64,000 bases of DNA from Squalus acanthias (Eukaryota), in NCBI GenBank assembly GCA_030390025.1, contig CM059433.1, positions 17,486,001 through 17,550,000 on the forward strand, written 5' to 3'. The first letter of the stretch is position 1; the number at the start of each line of letters is the position of its first letter. This document shows positions 25,163 to 36,589 of this stretch, piece after piece. Position numbers and translations under genes: made by a program. The notes beneath the pieces were generated by a model. It was given only the letters and a program-made list of their open reading frames with translations. It had not been told where the DNA came from and made no database searches.

Positions 25163-28090
25163 CTAATCCCATATTCCAGCATTTGGTCCGTAGCCTTGTA
25201 TGCTATGGCATTTCAAGTGCTCATCCAAATGCTTCTTGAATGTTGTGAGGGTTCCTGCCTCCACAACCTTTTCAGGCAGTGAGTTCCAGACTCCAACCAC
25301 CCTCTGGGTGAAAAAGTTCTTTCTCAAATCCCTTCTAAACCTCCCGCCCTTTACCTTGAATCTATGCCCCCTTGTTATAGACCCCTCTACTAAGGGAAAA
25401 AGCTCCTTAGTATCCATCCTATCTATGCCCCTCATAATTTTGTACACCTCAATCATGTCCCCCCTCAGCCTCCTCTGCTCCAAGGAAAACAAACCCAATC
25501 TGCCCAGTCTCTCTTCATAGCTGAAGCACTCCAGCCCGGGTAACATTCTGGTGAATCTCCTCTGCACCCTCTCCAAAGCGATCACATCCTTCCTGTAGTG
25601 TGGCGACCAGAACTGCACACAGTATTCCAGATGTGGCCTAACCAGTGTTTTATACAGCTCCATCATAACCTCCTTGCTCTTATATTCTATGCCTCGGCTA
25701 ATGAATGCAAGTATCCCATATGCCTTTTTTACCACCTTATCCACCTGTTCCGCCGCCTTCAGGGATCTGTGTACTTGCACACCAAGATCCCTCTGACCCT
25801 CCGTCTTGCCTAGGGTCTTACCATTCATTGTGTATTCCCTTGCCTTGTTAGTCCCTCCAAAGTGCATCACCTCGCACTTTTCCGGATTAAATTCCATTTG
25901 CCACTGTTCCGCCCATCTGACCAACCCATCTATATCGTCCTGCAGACTGAGGCTACCCTCCTCGCTATTTACCACCCTACCAATTTTTGTATCATCCGCG
26001 AACTTACTGATCATACCTTTTACATTCATATCCAAGTCGTTAATGTAGACCACAAACAGCAAGGGACCCAGCACCGATCCCTGTGGTACCCCACTGGCCA
26101 CAGGCTTCCATTCACAAAAACAACCTTCGACCATCACCCTCTGCCTTCTGCCACTGAGCCAGTTTTGTATCCAATGTGCCAAGGCACCCTGGATTCCATG
26201 GGCTCTTACCTTCTTGACCAGTCTCCTGTGCGGGACTTTATCGAAGGCCTTACTGAAATCTTTGTATACCACATCCACTGCGTTACCCTCATCCACACAC
26301 CTAGTCACCCCCTCAAAAAATTCAATCAAATTAGTCAGACATGATCTTCCCTTGACAAAGCCATGTTGGCTAACCCTGATTAATCCTTGCCTCTCCAAGT
26401 GGAGACTGATTTTGTCCCTCAGAATTTTTTCCAATAATTTTCCTACCACTGATGTTAGGCTCACTGGCCTGTAGTTCCCCGGTTTTTCCCTACTCCCTTT
26501 CTTGAATAATGGTACTACATTAGCGGTTCTCCAGTCCTCTGGCACATCCCCTGTGGCCAGAGAGGTTCTGAATATATGTGTTAGAGCCCCCGCAATCTCC
26601 TCCTTTGCCTCACACAGCAGCCTGGGATACATTTCATCCGGACCTGGGGATTTATCCATTTTTAGACCTGCTAAAACCGCCAATACCTCCTCCCTCTCGA
26701 TGTTAAAATGTTCGAGTATATCACAGTCCCCCTGCCCTAATTTTATGTCTGCATCGTCCTTCTCCATAGTGAAAACAGATGCAAAATATTCATTTAGAAC
26801 CCCACCTACATCTTCCGGCTCCACACACAGATTGCCACTTTTGTCTCTAATGGGCCCTATTTTTTCCCTAGTTATCCTCTTACCCTTAATATACTTATAA
26901 AGCATCTTAGGATTTTCCTTTATTTTGCTCGCCAGTGTTATTTCATGGCCCCTCCTTGATCTCCTAATTTCTTTTTTAAGTATCCCCCTGCACTTTTTGT
27001 ACTCCTCTAGGGCTTCCTCCGTCTTTAGCATTTTGTATCTGCCAAAAGCCCTCCTTTTTTTCCTGATCCATTCTCGTATATCCCCTGACATCCAAGGTTC
27101 CCTGCGATTTTTGGAACCACCCTTGACCTTTACGGGAACATGCTGCCATTGTATGATCTCAATCTCCCTTCTGAAAGAATCCCATTGCTCCGATGCGGAT
27201 TTTCCTACAAGCAGCTGATCCCAGTCCCTTTTGGCCAGATCCTGCCTTATCCTATTAAAATCGGCCTTCCCCCAATTTAGAACCTTTATTTCCGGCCCAT
27301 CCCTGTCCTTTTCCATGACCACCTTAAATCGCACCGTATTATGGTCACTGTCACCAAAGTGCTCACCTACTAGCACTTCTTCCACTTGGCCGGCCACATT
27401 CCCTAGAATTAGGTCCAGTACCGCCCCCTCTCATTTCGGACTTTCTACATGCTGGCTCAAAAAGCTCTCCTGGATGCACTTTAAGAATTTTGAACCCTCT
27501 AAGCCTTTCACACTCTGACTATCCCAGTTAATATTGGGGAAGTTGAAATCCCCCATTATTATTACCCTATTATTTGCACATTTCTCTGAGATTTGCCTAC
27601 ATATCTGTTCCTCTATCTCCCCCTGACTGTTTGGGGGCCTATAGTACGCTCCCAGCAAAGTGCTTGCTCCCTTTTTGTTTTTAAGCTCCACCCATATAGC
27701 CTCATTGGAGGAACCTGCTAATATATCATCCCTCCTTATGGCAGTAATTGATTCCTTAATTAATATTGCGACACCCCCTCCTCTTATACCTCCCCCTCTG
27801 TCTCGCCTGAAGATTCTGTACCCCGGAATATTGAGCTGCCAGTCTTGCCCCTCCCTCAACCATGTCTCCGTGATAGCAACAATATCATACTCCCATGTGT
27901 TTATCAACACCTTCAGTTCATCCACCTTATTCGCTAGACTCCTTGCATTAAAATAGATGCCTTCCAGCCTTGCTCTTACATGTTTGCCCTGTCTTCCAAG
28001 CTGACTTGTTTTTTTCTCTATATTTGACTGTACATCACCCCCTATTGTAGCTCCACTCTGTATCCCATCCCCCTGCCAAGTTAGTTTAAC
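25163..28090 (-). pseudogene. CR1 ORF2 (APE endonuclease + RT) with a single nonsense codon at 27431-27433
   Basis: ORFs 27431..28171 and 25163..27397 are in the same frame (33 nt apart). EN motifs FNARS, ITETW, GDFN and SDH are present, as is RT FADD. Confidence 0.9.
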
Positions 28091-28107
28091 CCCCCCCCCC
28101 AACAGTG

Positions 28108-29022
28108 CTAGCAAACCTCCCCGCAAGGGCTCTGGTTCAGGTGCAAACCGTCCCACTTGTACAAGTCCCACCTTCCCCAGAAGCAGGCCCAGTGATCCAG
28201 GAAACTAAAACCCTCCCTCCTGCACCAACTCTTTAGCCACGCATTCATCTGTTCTATCCTCCTATTCCTATACTCACTAGCACGTGGCACTGGGAGTAAT
28301 CCAGAGATTACAACCTTTGAGGTCCTGCTCTTTAATCTGCTGCCTAGGTCCTTAAATTCTTGATGCAGGACCTCATCCCCCTTCCTACCTATGTCGTTGG
28401 TCCCAATGTGAACCACGACCTCTGCCTGCTCACCCTCCCCCTTAAGAATGCCCTGTAGCCGCTCAGTGACATCCATGACCCTGGCCCCAGGGAGGCAACA
28501 AACCATCCTGGAGTCACTTTTACGGCCACAGAAACGCTTATCTGTTCCCCTAATGATAGAATCCCCTACCACTATTGCTCTCCCACTCTTTTTCCTCCCT
28601 TTCTGAGCAGCAGAAGCAACCCTGGTGCCAGGAAGTTGGCTGCTGCTGCTCTCCCCTGGTGAGTCATCCCCCTCAACAGTATCCAAATCGGTATACCTGT
28701 TTGAAAGGGGGATGACTGCAGGGGTTCCCTGTACTCCCTGCCTGCCTCTGCTGCTCCGCCTGATGGTCACCCATTTCCCTTCTGCCTGTGCAGCCCTACC
28801 CTGCGGTGTGACCAACTCGTCAAACATGCTATCGACGACCCTCTCAGCATCGCGTATGCTCCAAAACTCATCCACCCGCAGCTCGAGCGCCACAATGCGG
28901 TCTACAAGTTGCTGCAGCTGGATGCATTTCTCGCACACGTGGTCCCCAGGGACACTGGCAGCGTCCCTGAATTCCCACATGGAGCAAGAGGAGCATAACA
29001 CGGGGCTGATCTCACCTGTCAT
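28108..29022 (-). CDS. CR1 ORF1: zinc finger, coiled coil and SGNH/GDSL esterase-like domain (frameshifted near C-terminus)
   Basis: CSSC...CEKC, VVGDS, HIGTND and DGLHL motifs. The normal end (...LN*) lies in another frame after a small deletion near 28125. Confidence 0.85.
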   Translation of the reverse strand: MTGEISPVLCSSCSMWEFRDAASVPGDHVCEKCIQLQQLVDRIVALELRVDEFWSIRDAERVVDSMFDELVTPQGRAAQAEGKWVTIRRSSRGRQGVQGTPAVIPLSNRYTDLDTVEGDDSPGESSSSQLPGTRVASAAQKGRKKSGRAIVVGDSIIRGTDKRFCGRKSDSRMVCCLPGARVMDVTERLQGILKGEGEQAEVVVHIGTNDIGRKGDEVLHQEFKDLGSRLKSRTSKVVISGLLPVPRASEYRNRRIEQMNAWLKSWCRREGFSFLDHWACFWGRWDLYKWDGLHLNQSPCGEVC

Positions 29023-29250
29023 GACCTACTCCCTTAATTAAATTAAAAATGTATTCAATACCCCAGTTACAAATATACTCTAGGGCGCTTTATTTACCAA
29101 CTGTCCCCACTACACCACAGAGACCCTAGAAATTTAACACCACAGAATTTAAGCTTAAAAAGAGAGAAATACTCACCAACCAATCACTTACCTGTTTTTT
29201 GGTGACGTCACACTTCGATTATTTTTCCCTCCGAGTTCGGAGACTGGTCC

Positions 29251-29455
29251 GCCTCACCTGGTCTCTGGAGCCTTTTACAGGCCCACTGCCACCGCTGAAA
29301 CTCCCGCCGACGCTCTGAGGCCTTACCTGGTCTCTGGAGCCTTTTACAGGCCCACTGCCGCCGCTGAAACTCCCGCCGACGCTGTGAGGCCTTACCTGGT
29401 CTCTGGAGCCTTTTACAGGCCCACTGCCGCCGCTGAAACTCCCGCCGACGCTGAG
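29251..29455 (-). repeat. Three tandem 69-bp monomers at the CR1 5' end
   Basis: Units start at 29251, 29320 and 29389 and are nearly identical. Confidence 0.9.
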
Positions 29456-29773
29456 CCAGAATTTCTGGCCTTGGGTCTCTCTTTTCCAGGCATCCCCTGT
29501 TAAACAAGCAGGAAGCAGCCTGAAAGGGTTGTGGAAGTGACGCTGAGATGGGAGAAGCTACCTACATCGGTCACTGGCAGAAGGCCCAGAAAAACCCGAT
29601 CTCGGTCCTGGCAGTGACGGAGCTGATACCATTGGGTTAGATTTTGCTGCCCCTGCACCCTTCAGCTCAAATTATTTTTTAGCCACTAAGTTGCTGAAAG
29701 TGCGAGCTGATAGCGGCGCAGCGAGGGAAACCGGGCATCTGGGGTCTGAGTGAACAGGCCAACCAACAGTCTA

Positions 29774-30008
29774 CAATAGCAAATTACTGCGGATGCTGGA
29801 AATCTGAAATAACAACAGAAAATGCTGGAAACACTCAGCAGGCCAGGCAGCATCCGTGGAGAGAGAAACAGAGTTAACGTTTCAGGTCTGGGACCCTTCG
29901 TCAGAACCTTCTGATGAAGGGTCCCAGACCTGAAACGTTAACTCTGTTTCTCTCTCCACGGATGCTGCCTGGCCTGCTGAGTGTTTCCAGCATTTTCTGT
30001 TGTTATTT
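29774..30008. mobile_element. Penelope-like inverted terminal fragment (hairpin) with 14-bp TSD
   Basis: TSD caaccaacagtcta (29760-73, 30009-22). Arms 29805-29906 and 29909-30010 are reverse complements with one mismatch. Confidence 0.8.
29909..29945 (+). ncRNA. Minimal type I hammerhead ribozyme-like motif (mirror copy on minus strand at about 29870-29906)
   Basis: CTGATGA-a-gggtc-cca-gacct-GAAA-CGTT, with a palindromic AACGTT in the stem III position. Confidence 0.6.
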
Positions 30009-30978
30009 CAACCAACAGTCTATCTCTTTAACCAATGAGATTTAAGGATTGAGAAATAAACAGTGGAAGGACTGAGAAGGAGGATGAATTAAAGGAGGTG
30101 AATTCAATGTCAAATCAGGTACAGAATGAGAAATAAAGAGTGGGAAAGAAAGATTGGATTAAGAGAGAGATCAAAAAGAGACAGAAAGGAAAAGTAAGAA
30201 AAACATGTAAAAATGTAAAATTTGACATTATTAAAATCTCCTAAAACAATTCACAACCTGAAGGAATGAGACTCCATACTTATAATAGTTAATTTTTGGT
30301 GTCAGAGAGGTTGATTGGCAGTCATTAATACTCATCACATCGTTGTAAGGGTGCTTGTACTCCTAATTACTAGCCCTAAATAGTTGTGGTGGATTTAGTT
30401 CATATCTACCGTGCAAATACAGCAACTTCACGCCATTCAAAGCATGTCAATGGTGTGGCAGTCGGTGAGATGCCTTTTCCGCGAACTAGCGGCATAACTC
30501 GGACAGCAACTTTTGGATATTCACATTCAACCGCGCATCTGCCCCTCGCCTGAAATTGCTTTACGATTTACGCATAAATAACAATGAGCGCCATTAGCCT
30601 CACCGTTACTTTGACAGCAAAATCTGGCCCATTATCTGCAGTGGAAGTGCAAGGCCCGGTTGGCTTTTCTCACTACGTGTTTAGATTTCATTTAAAAGCT
30701 TTATTTCTGTTCCGCTGCAGCCGTGACATGGGGCACAGCTGCCACAGCATATTATATCTAATATGTTCTTCCAATTTGCCGAATTTTTAGCATCTGTTAA
30801 TTATGTGTGCTGTAGGTAGTTGGAGCTCCATTATCTCAAAGTCCAGAGTTTTTCCCCTACCTGCCAGCTACCGAACAGTTTAATTCCAGAATCATGCAGT
30901 CGGAGACCTGTCCATAACAACAGCATTCCATTAAAAAAAATGTCCCCCCTGTTGAGTGCTCAGTATTTCCAATATAGA

Positions 30979-31282
30979 GGCAACACGGTGGCATAGTGGT
31001 TAGCACTGTTACCTCACAGCGCCAGGGACCCGGGTTCGAATCCGGCCTCGGGTGACTGTCTGTGTGGAGTTTGCACATTCTCCCCGTGTCTGCGTGGGTT
31101 TCCTCCGGGTGCTCCGGTTTCCTCCCACAGTCCAAAGATGTGCGGGTTAGGTTGATTTGGCTATGATAAATTGACCCTTAGTGTTAGGGGGTTACGGGGA
31201 TAGGATGGGATATGTGTCGGTGCAGCCTTGATGGGCCGAAATGGCCTCTATCTGCACTGTGGGGATTCTGTGATTCTGTGAT
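30979..31282 (+). mobile_element. tRNA-derived V-SINE (HE1-like), second copy
   Basis: Nearly identical to 5556-5877 across the head and V-domain. Confidence 0.9.
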
Positions 31283-31431
31283 GTGTCACTGCTGCGCTGT
31301 TGTATCTGTGGAGCAGCTGTACATCACTAATACAAATTTTGTGCTGGATATTGGGTTGCAGTGAGTTAGCCAGTGGTGTTTCACCTCAGGATGCAGTTTC
31401 ATATCCAGTCCAGCCTGAAATTATTCTCTAT

Positions 31432-31531
31432 GGGGCCAATTTTATGAAATGAAGCCCGCAGTAGGGATCCTCAGTTGTCAAAGCTGCATATTGGGAAATC
31501 ATGGGGGGCGTACATACATAAAATTGGCCCT
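31432..31531. mobile_element. 100-bp MITE
   Basis: TIRs ggggccaattttatg / cataaaattggccct and TAT TSD. Confidence 0.7.
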
Positions 31532-31789
31532 TATCTATTACATGCAAGGGTCCTATTTGAAATGGGTTTGGGCAGCCTCAGTTCTATTCCTGGTAAACTG
31601 CAAGTTTATCAAGAAATAGTTTTATAGCTGATTTCAGTGAATTAAATACATATTTATTGAAGAAGTATCACAGCATTTGATTTCAATCTAAATGTTAAAA
31701 GCAACTTGACAGATGAAAAGCAACTGTCGCGTGATATTCTTAGTCATCTGGTTTGTATGTTGGAAGATGTTTGTTTAATTCCTCGGCCG

Positions 31790-31975
31790 GGTTTTGTTTT
31801 GTCCACATCTTTTTGATACTTGTAAGTGGTCAGGATCCTCTTCCTCCTCCAGTAATATAATATCCATTCCAGTACTGAATCTTCAGCCTGTAACTGCCAC
31901 CATTCTGCTGTTGTCCACTCTGACATTGATCGGGCAAATTTAGAGAATTGGAAGGGATCTACAACTTGCAGATCT
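31790..31975 (-). pseudogene. Possible Gypsy pol remnant (RNase H-integrase linker)
   Basis: WTTAEWWQLQAEDSVLEWILYYWRRKR resembles the recalled W..LQ..D..L..V..Y...K pattern. The match is short. Confidence 0.3.
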
Positions 31976-33060
31976 GTTTTTTTTTTCTAAACTAGTCCTT
32001 GATAATAGGGCTGGACAAAGGTGTCCCCTCGTACCTGCCATCTATGGCTTAGTCTGGGTTTCAGGTTCAGTAACAGGAATGAGAGTTGGTTGGGATGCAT
32101 CATCTCCTTGGATTCCTTCTCCTAATTTTCCAAACTGTCTGTTGCCCTCGTCAGTGCAATCCATCTCTCTCACTAAAATATCAGTGCATTCATTTTACTT
32201 CATAAAATTATGATTTAATCTCAAGTATTGCAGTGATTCAGAAATGCATTGGTTGTTAAATTATTTATTGTATCATGTTAATAACACCATGATCAGATGT
32301 TTTGAGTGGTAGTAATGAAATCAGTACCTTTGATTTGGTTTATAGACGGTGACATTAAGACCAGCTGAAGCCAATATTTTGTTATTTGATCTTTTTAATT
32401 TGGATATGACCAAGAAGTTCTGAAATTGTTCTATCACTGTCGTACCACTACAAAAAAAAATCAGCAAATTTCAGTAATCAAAGACCAAAATGTTGTGAGT
32501 TGGTAGCAGTAAAAATGACAGGGCAGGGTGAAGTATTACCCAGGGCCGGGGTTGGGGGAGTCCCATCTGAACAAATTCCATTTTAACCACTGCTTTGTGA
32601 CCAACTCTTCTATACCTGACTTGAAAATACTTGGTGCTGAATCTGGGTGCCTGAAACCCGGACCAGTAACATCCCTCACCTCAATGAGTACAAAAATCAT
32701 TTTTTTTTAAAAAAAGAATGCAAAAATTCACCTGTGAATCGGTTACTCTAGGAAGCATGCTACTAATGTAAACCTCCTCTGTTGCTTTCTCAGTAGTCTT
32801 GGTGCTTGTTGGATATTGAAATTGTTTTGTTTTACTTCTCTGCTCCTTTCCTCCCGTTTCTCTCTCATCGCAGGTCACTCTCCACCACACATCCTCTTTC
32901 AGCTTGGAGGGCGGGACGACCTGGGTCGGGGGCTGCTCCATGACTGCTGTCACTGCCACTCTGTGATTGACTGGCGAAGAAGGTGCAATTCAGGTGGGGT
33001 GCCTCCCTTTTCTTCCTCTGCTCCCCTCACCCCATTCCTCCCATTTTAGTTGGTGAATTT

Positions 33061-33400
33061 CATAGAATGTACTGCACAGAAACAGGCCATTCGGCCCAAC
33101 TGGTCTGTTCTGGTGTTTATGCTCCACACGAGCCCCCTCCACCCCTCTTCATCTAACCCCATCAGCATAATCTTCTATTCCTTTCTCCCTCATCTGTTTA
33201 TCTACCTTCCCCTTAAATGCATCTATGCTGTTCGCCTCAACTATTCCTTGTGGTAGTGGGTTCTACATTCTAAACACTCTTTGAGTAAAGAGGTTTCTCC
33301 TGACTTCCCCATTGGATTTATCAGTGACAATCTTATATTTATGGCCCTGAGTTTTGGTCTCCCCCACAAATGGAAACACCTTCTCTACGTCTACCCTTTC
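33061..33400 (-). mobile_element. CR1-type LINE 3' fragment
   Basis: Reverse-complement homologue of 35336-35668 and 44130-44560. Confidence 0.8.
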
Positions 33401-34789
33401 ACAATCATAAAGTTGCAGTTCGGGTGGAATGCCAGTCTTCTCTCCTCCCCTGCCGCCCCCTTTTTATTTTTATGTTTGTCCTCATTTCAGAGCTTTCCTC
33501 AGTCCAGAAGGCAACCTGTACACTGATGGAACTTGCTCAAGGGGTTTCTTAGTGCAAGTAAAACAAGGTCCTTCGAAAACTCATCAGGATCTGCTTCTGT
33601 AGAGTTGCTGCGATATCTGTCAAAAAAAATGTAAGAGAGTCCAAGGCTTATTAAGTGTCATTGACCTCTGAACCCTTGGTTAACAGAAACTCCTTACAAG
33701 CTTGCCCAGCTATGGTGAATGGTTCTGTGTGCCAGGCTCCCTTGGGACCTGAATTTATTATTAAGTTCTTATTGTTACGTATGTAGGACAAGAAAAGGCC
33801 ATCACGCCCATGTACAGTTGCACTGGGGCTAATTTACAGCTTTACCGTTTGGCCAGTAAACTGTCAGAGCTCTGCCAGTTTACTGCCCAAGTGGTCAAGG
33901 TGAAAATTACTGGACTCAATCCCAGGTATCTACCCTCCCTTCCCCCCAGTTCATGGGGAACCCATAGCCAATTCAGGAATCCTTTGCAAAAATACCACTC
34001 CAACCCTTTAAAGCTGATTGAGACAAGCCCCACGAGGCCTCAACCCAATAGGTATTACCTGGAATCTTACCTTACCTTTTGAAGGAGTCATTCTTCATTA
34101 TCATCTCCAGAATTATGTTCCACAGACTGATCACCCACTGAGAAAGCTTTCTAGTAGGGAGTCAAAACTCAGCTGCTTGAGGTACGAGGTCTTGCCCGAC
34201 CAGAGATGAAATGCCCTCTGATTATTCCATTTTTAATGGTCCATAGGAAAAACTCTGGTTTATTCAGTAGAGTAGGGATTTAAAAGTAGTCAGAATTTAG
34301 AAGAATTGGTTTCGTATGTGTGAAAATGATTTCCATCTGGTAAAATGAACATATTTCAAACTTACAGAAGCTTCATTCATTTCAATTAGTTTAACGGGAA
34401 TTTTGAGCTGGTTTGTGTCGGACACTGAAGCTGACTGCAGTATTAGTGTGACATGTTGCGTTAATCAGAGCTGGGGGTGCATGACGCTCTTTTTGTACTC
34501 TAATAGATGATGCTGTGCTGGTGCTTTGATTGGGTCCATTTCCACGAATTCAATAATACTGGTTTGGAATGAAGTTAGTCAGTAAGTGTGATAAGTGGGT
34601 TATTACAGCCCCTTTACCTGCAGAAAGTGTTGCTTCTGCCATTTTTGCATGCTTGAATCATCAGTGACTAATTCTGGAATTTTCCAAAATCTGGTGCACT
34701 CGCAAAGCATGATAAAATGTATTGATTTGGTTCAGCAACTGCTTTCTGTAGGTTGTCGACATCACAGAAGCACAAGCAGCCAAGTTTTA

Positions 34790-35795
34790 AACATGGGAAC
34801 ATAGGAACAGGAGTAGGCCATTCAGCCCCTCGAGCCTGTTCCGCCATTCACTTAGATCATGGCTGATCTGTATCTTAATCAGCCAGGATCTTATTGAATG
34901 GCGGAGCAGGCTCGAGGGGCCGTGTGGCCTACTCCTGCTCTTATTTCTTATTTCTTATGTCCTTATGTTCTTAACTCCATCTACCCACCTTTATTCCGTG
35001 ACCCTTAATACCCTTGCCTAACAAAAATCTTATCAATCTCAGTTTTGGAATTTTCAATTGACCTAGCCTCAACAGCTTTTTGGGGAGACTGTTCCAGATT
35101 TCCACTACCCTTTGAGTGAAGAAGTGCTTCCTGACATCATCCCTGAATGGCCTAGCTCTAATTTTAAGTTTATGCCCCCTTGTTCTGGACTTCCCCACCA
35201 GAGGATATAGTTTCTCTATTCTCTATATCTACTCTATCAAATCCTTTAATCAGCTTACACACCTCAGTTAGATCACCCCTTTACATTCTTTACTCAAGGG
35301 AATACAAGTCTAGTCTATGCAAATTGTCCTCATAATAAGAGGTCTTTAATATTATGAAAGGGGGAGACCAGAACTCGGGGCCATAGATATACGATAGTTA
35401 CTAATAAATCCAACAGGGAATTCAGGAGAGATTCTTTACCCAGAGAGTGGTTAGAATGTGGAAATCGCTGTCACAAGGAGTAGTTGAGGCAAATAGTATA
35501 GTTGCATTTAAGGGGAAGCTAGATAAACACATGAGGGAGAAAGGAATAGAAGGATATGTTGATGGGGTTAGATGAAGAAGGGTGGGAGAAGGCTCGTGTG
35601 GAGCATAAACACCGGCATGGATCTGTTGGGCCTGTTTCTGAGCTGTAAATATTATGTATTACTATGTAATAATTTAACCCTTTTAGCCCCGGTATCATTC
35701 TGGTGAATCTGCACCTTACCAAGGTCAATATATCCTTCCTGAGTTGCAGTGCCCAGAACTGCACGCAGTACTCTAAATGGGGTCTAACCAGAGCT
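34790..35795 (-). mobile_element. CR1 3' fragment with two nested plus-strand CR1 pieces (34879-34968, about 35336-35668)
   Basis: ORF2 remnants [11 protein letters not shown] and SRTRGHKLKIR. The first nested piece has TSD tcttaa. Confidence 0.8.
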
Positions 35796-36589
35796 CGTGT
35801 ACTGGTTTTCCGAATTAGTTGACAGATTCCCAAGCCTTAACAACTAAAGAGTGGCCAAGAACTCTCTGCTGCTGTATCAGTCATAGTCATTGACGTTAGA
35901 AAACTACTAGGCACTTGGTCTAAGCGTTAAACAAAGCTTTAATCAAATGTTTTTCAACATGGAGATCTAGTTGTGTCCTTCACTAGTTCCTGTTAAAGAA
36001 TGTCCTGAGCAAGCTGGGCCCATGCCCGAGTATTTATACTCTCCCTGGACAGCGCCACCAGCAGGCCGCCCAGTATTATTTCATAAGTCATTTCCACATG
36101 AATGACAAGATTCATGTCAGTCATTATATCACTAAAAGAAATCAGGAACAAGTTTATCATGACACATTGATTTCACATACCTAGGGTCATTGGTAAGTAA
36201 GTCCTGATTTAAAAAAAATAATACAATCTCAGTCACTGCAGGACAGTGCAGCAATAAAAAGGAATCTAAAATGTACATTTATCTGCTTTAACACTATTAT
36301 TTGCAATCATATCTATGTTGAAGTTATGAAGTGTAGAAGCATCATTTGCTCCAATTCTTAAAATCTAACTTAAAATTCTGGCTAAATTTCTTGCATGAGT
36401 GGAAAATCTAGCACTACATCATTTTGGGATCATCTGCATATTAATAGGAGCATAAAAATAATGATAACGTTAAAATACTTTTAAAAGAAGTTTAAAATGT
36501 ATGCTTAAACCTGCTTATGATAATGAAGCTAGTCTCACTCCCTCTTTACTATCACATTTTTTATCATGTGCCTGTACCAACTGATTTCC

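Larger units (their letters stand above)
25081..29455 (-). mobile_element. Near-intact full-length CR1 LINE (~4.4 kb)
   Basis: Contains 5' UTR tandem repeats, ORF1, ORF2 (EN+RT) with one in-frame stop, a 3' UTR, and a short ctctatga repeat tail. Confidence 0.95.
29634..30630. mobile_element. PIF/Harbinger-type MITE carrying a nested hairpin insertion
   Basis: TIRs gggttagattttgctg / cagcaaaatctggccc and ATT TSD. Confidence 0.85.

Noticed and set aside
25200..29041. Many plus-strand ORFs over CR1 elements
   Set aside because: They are antisense shadows of LINE ORFs.
35930..36130. Small LTR or CTCF-like site (cagcgccaccagcagg)
   Set aside because: Minus-strand TATA and ATTAAA are present, but there are no definable ends or TSD. 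The motif match is partial.
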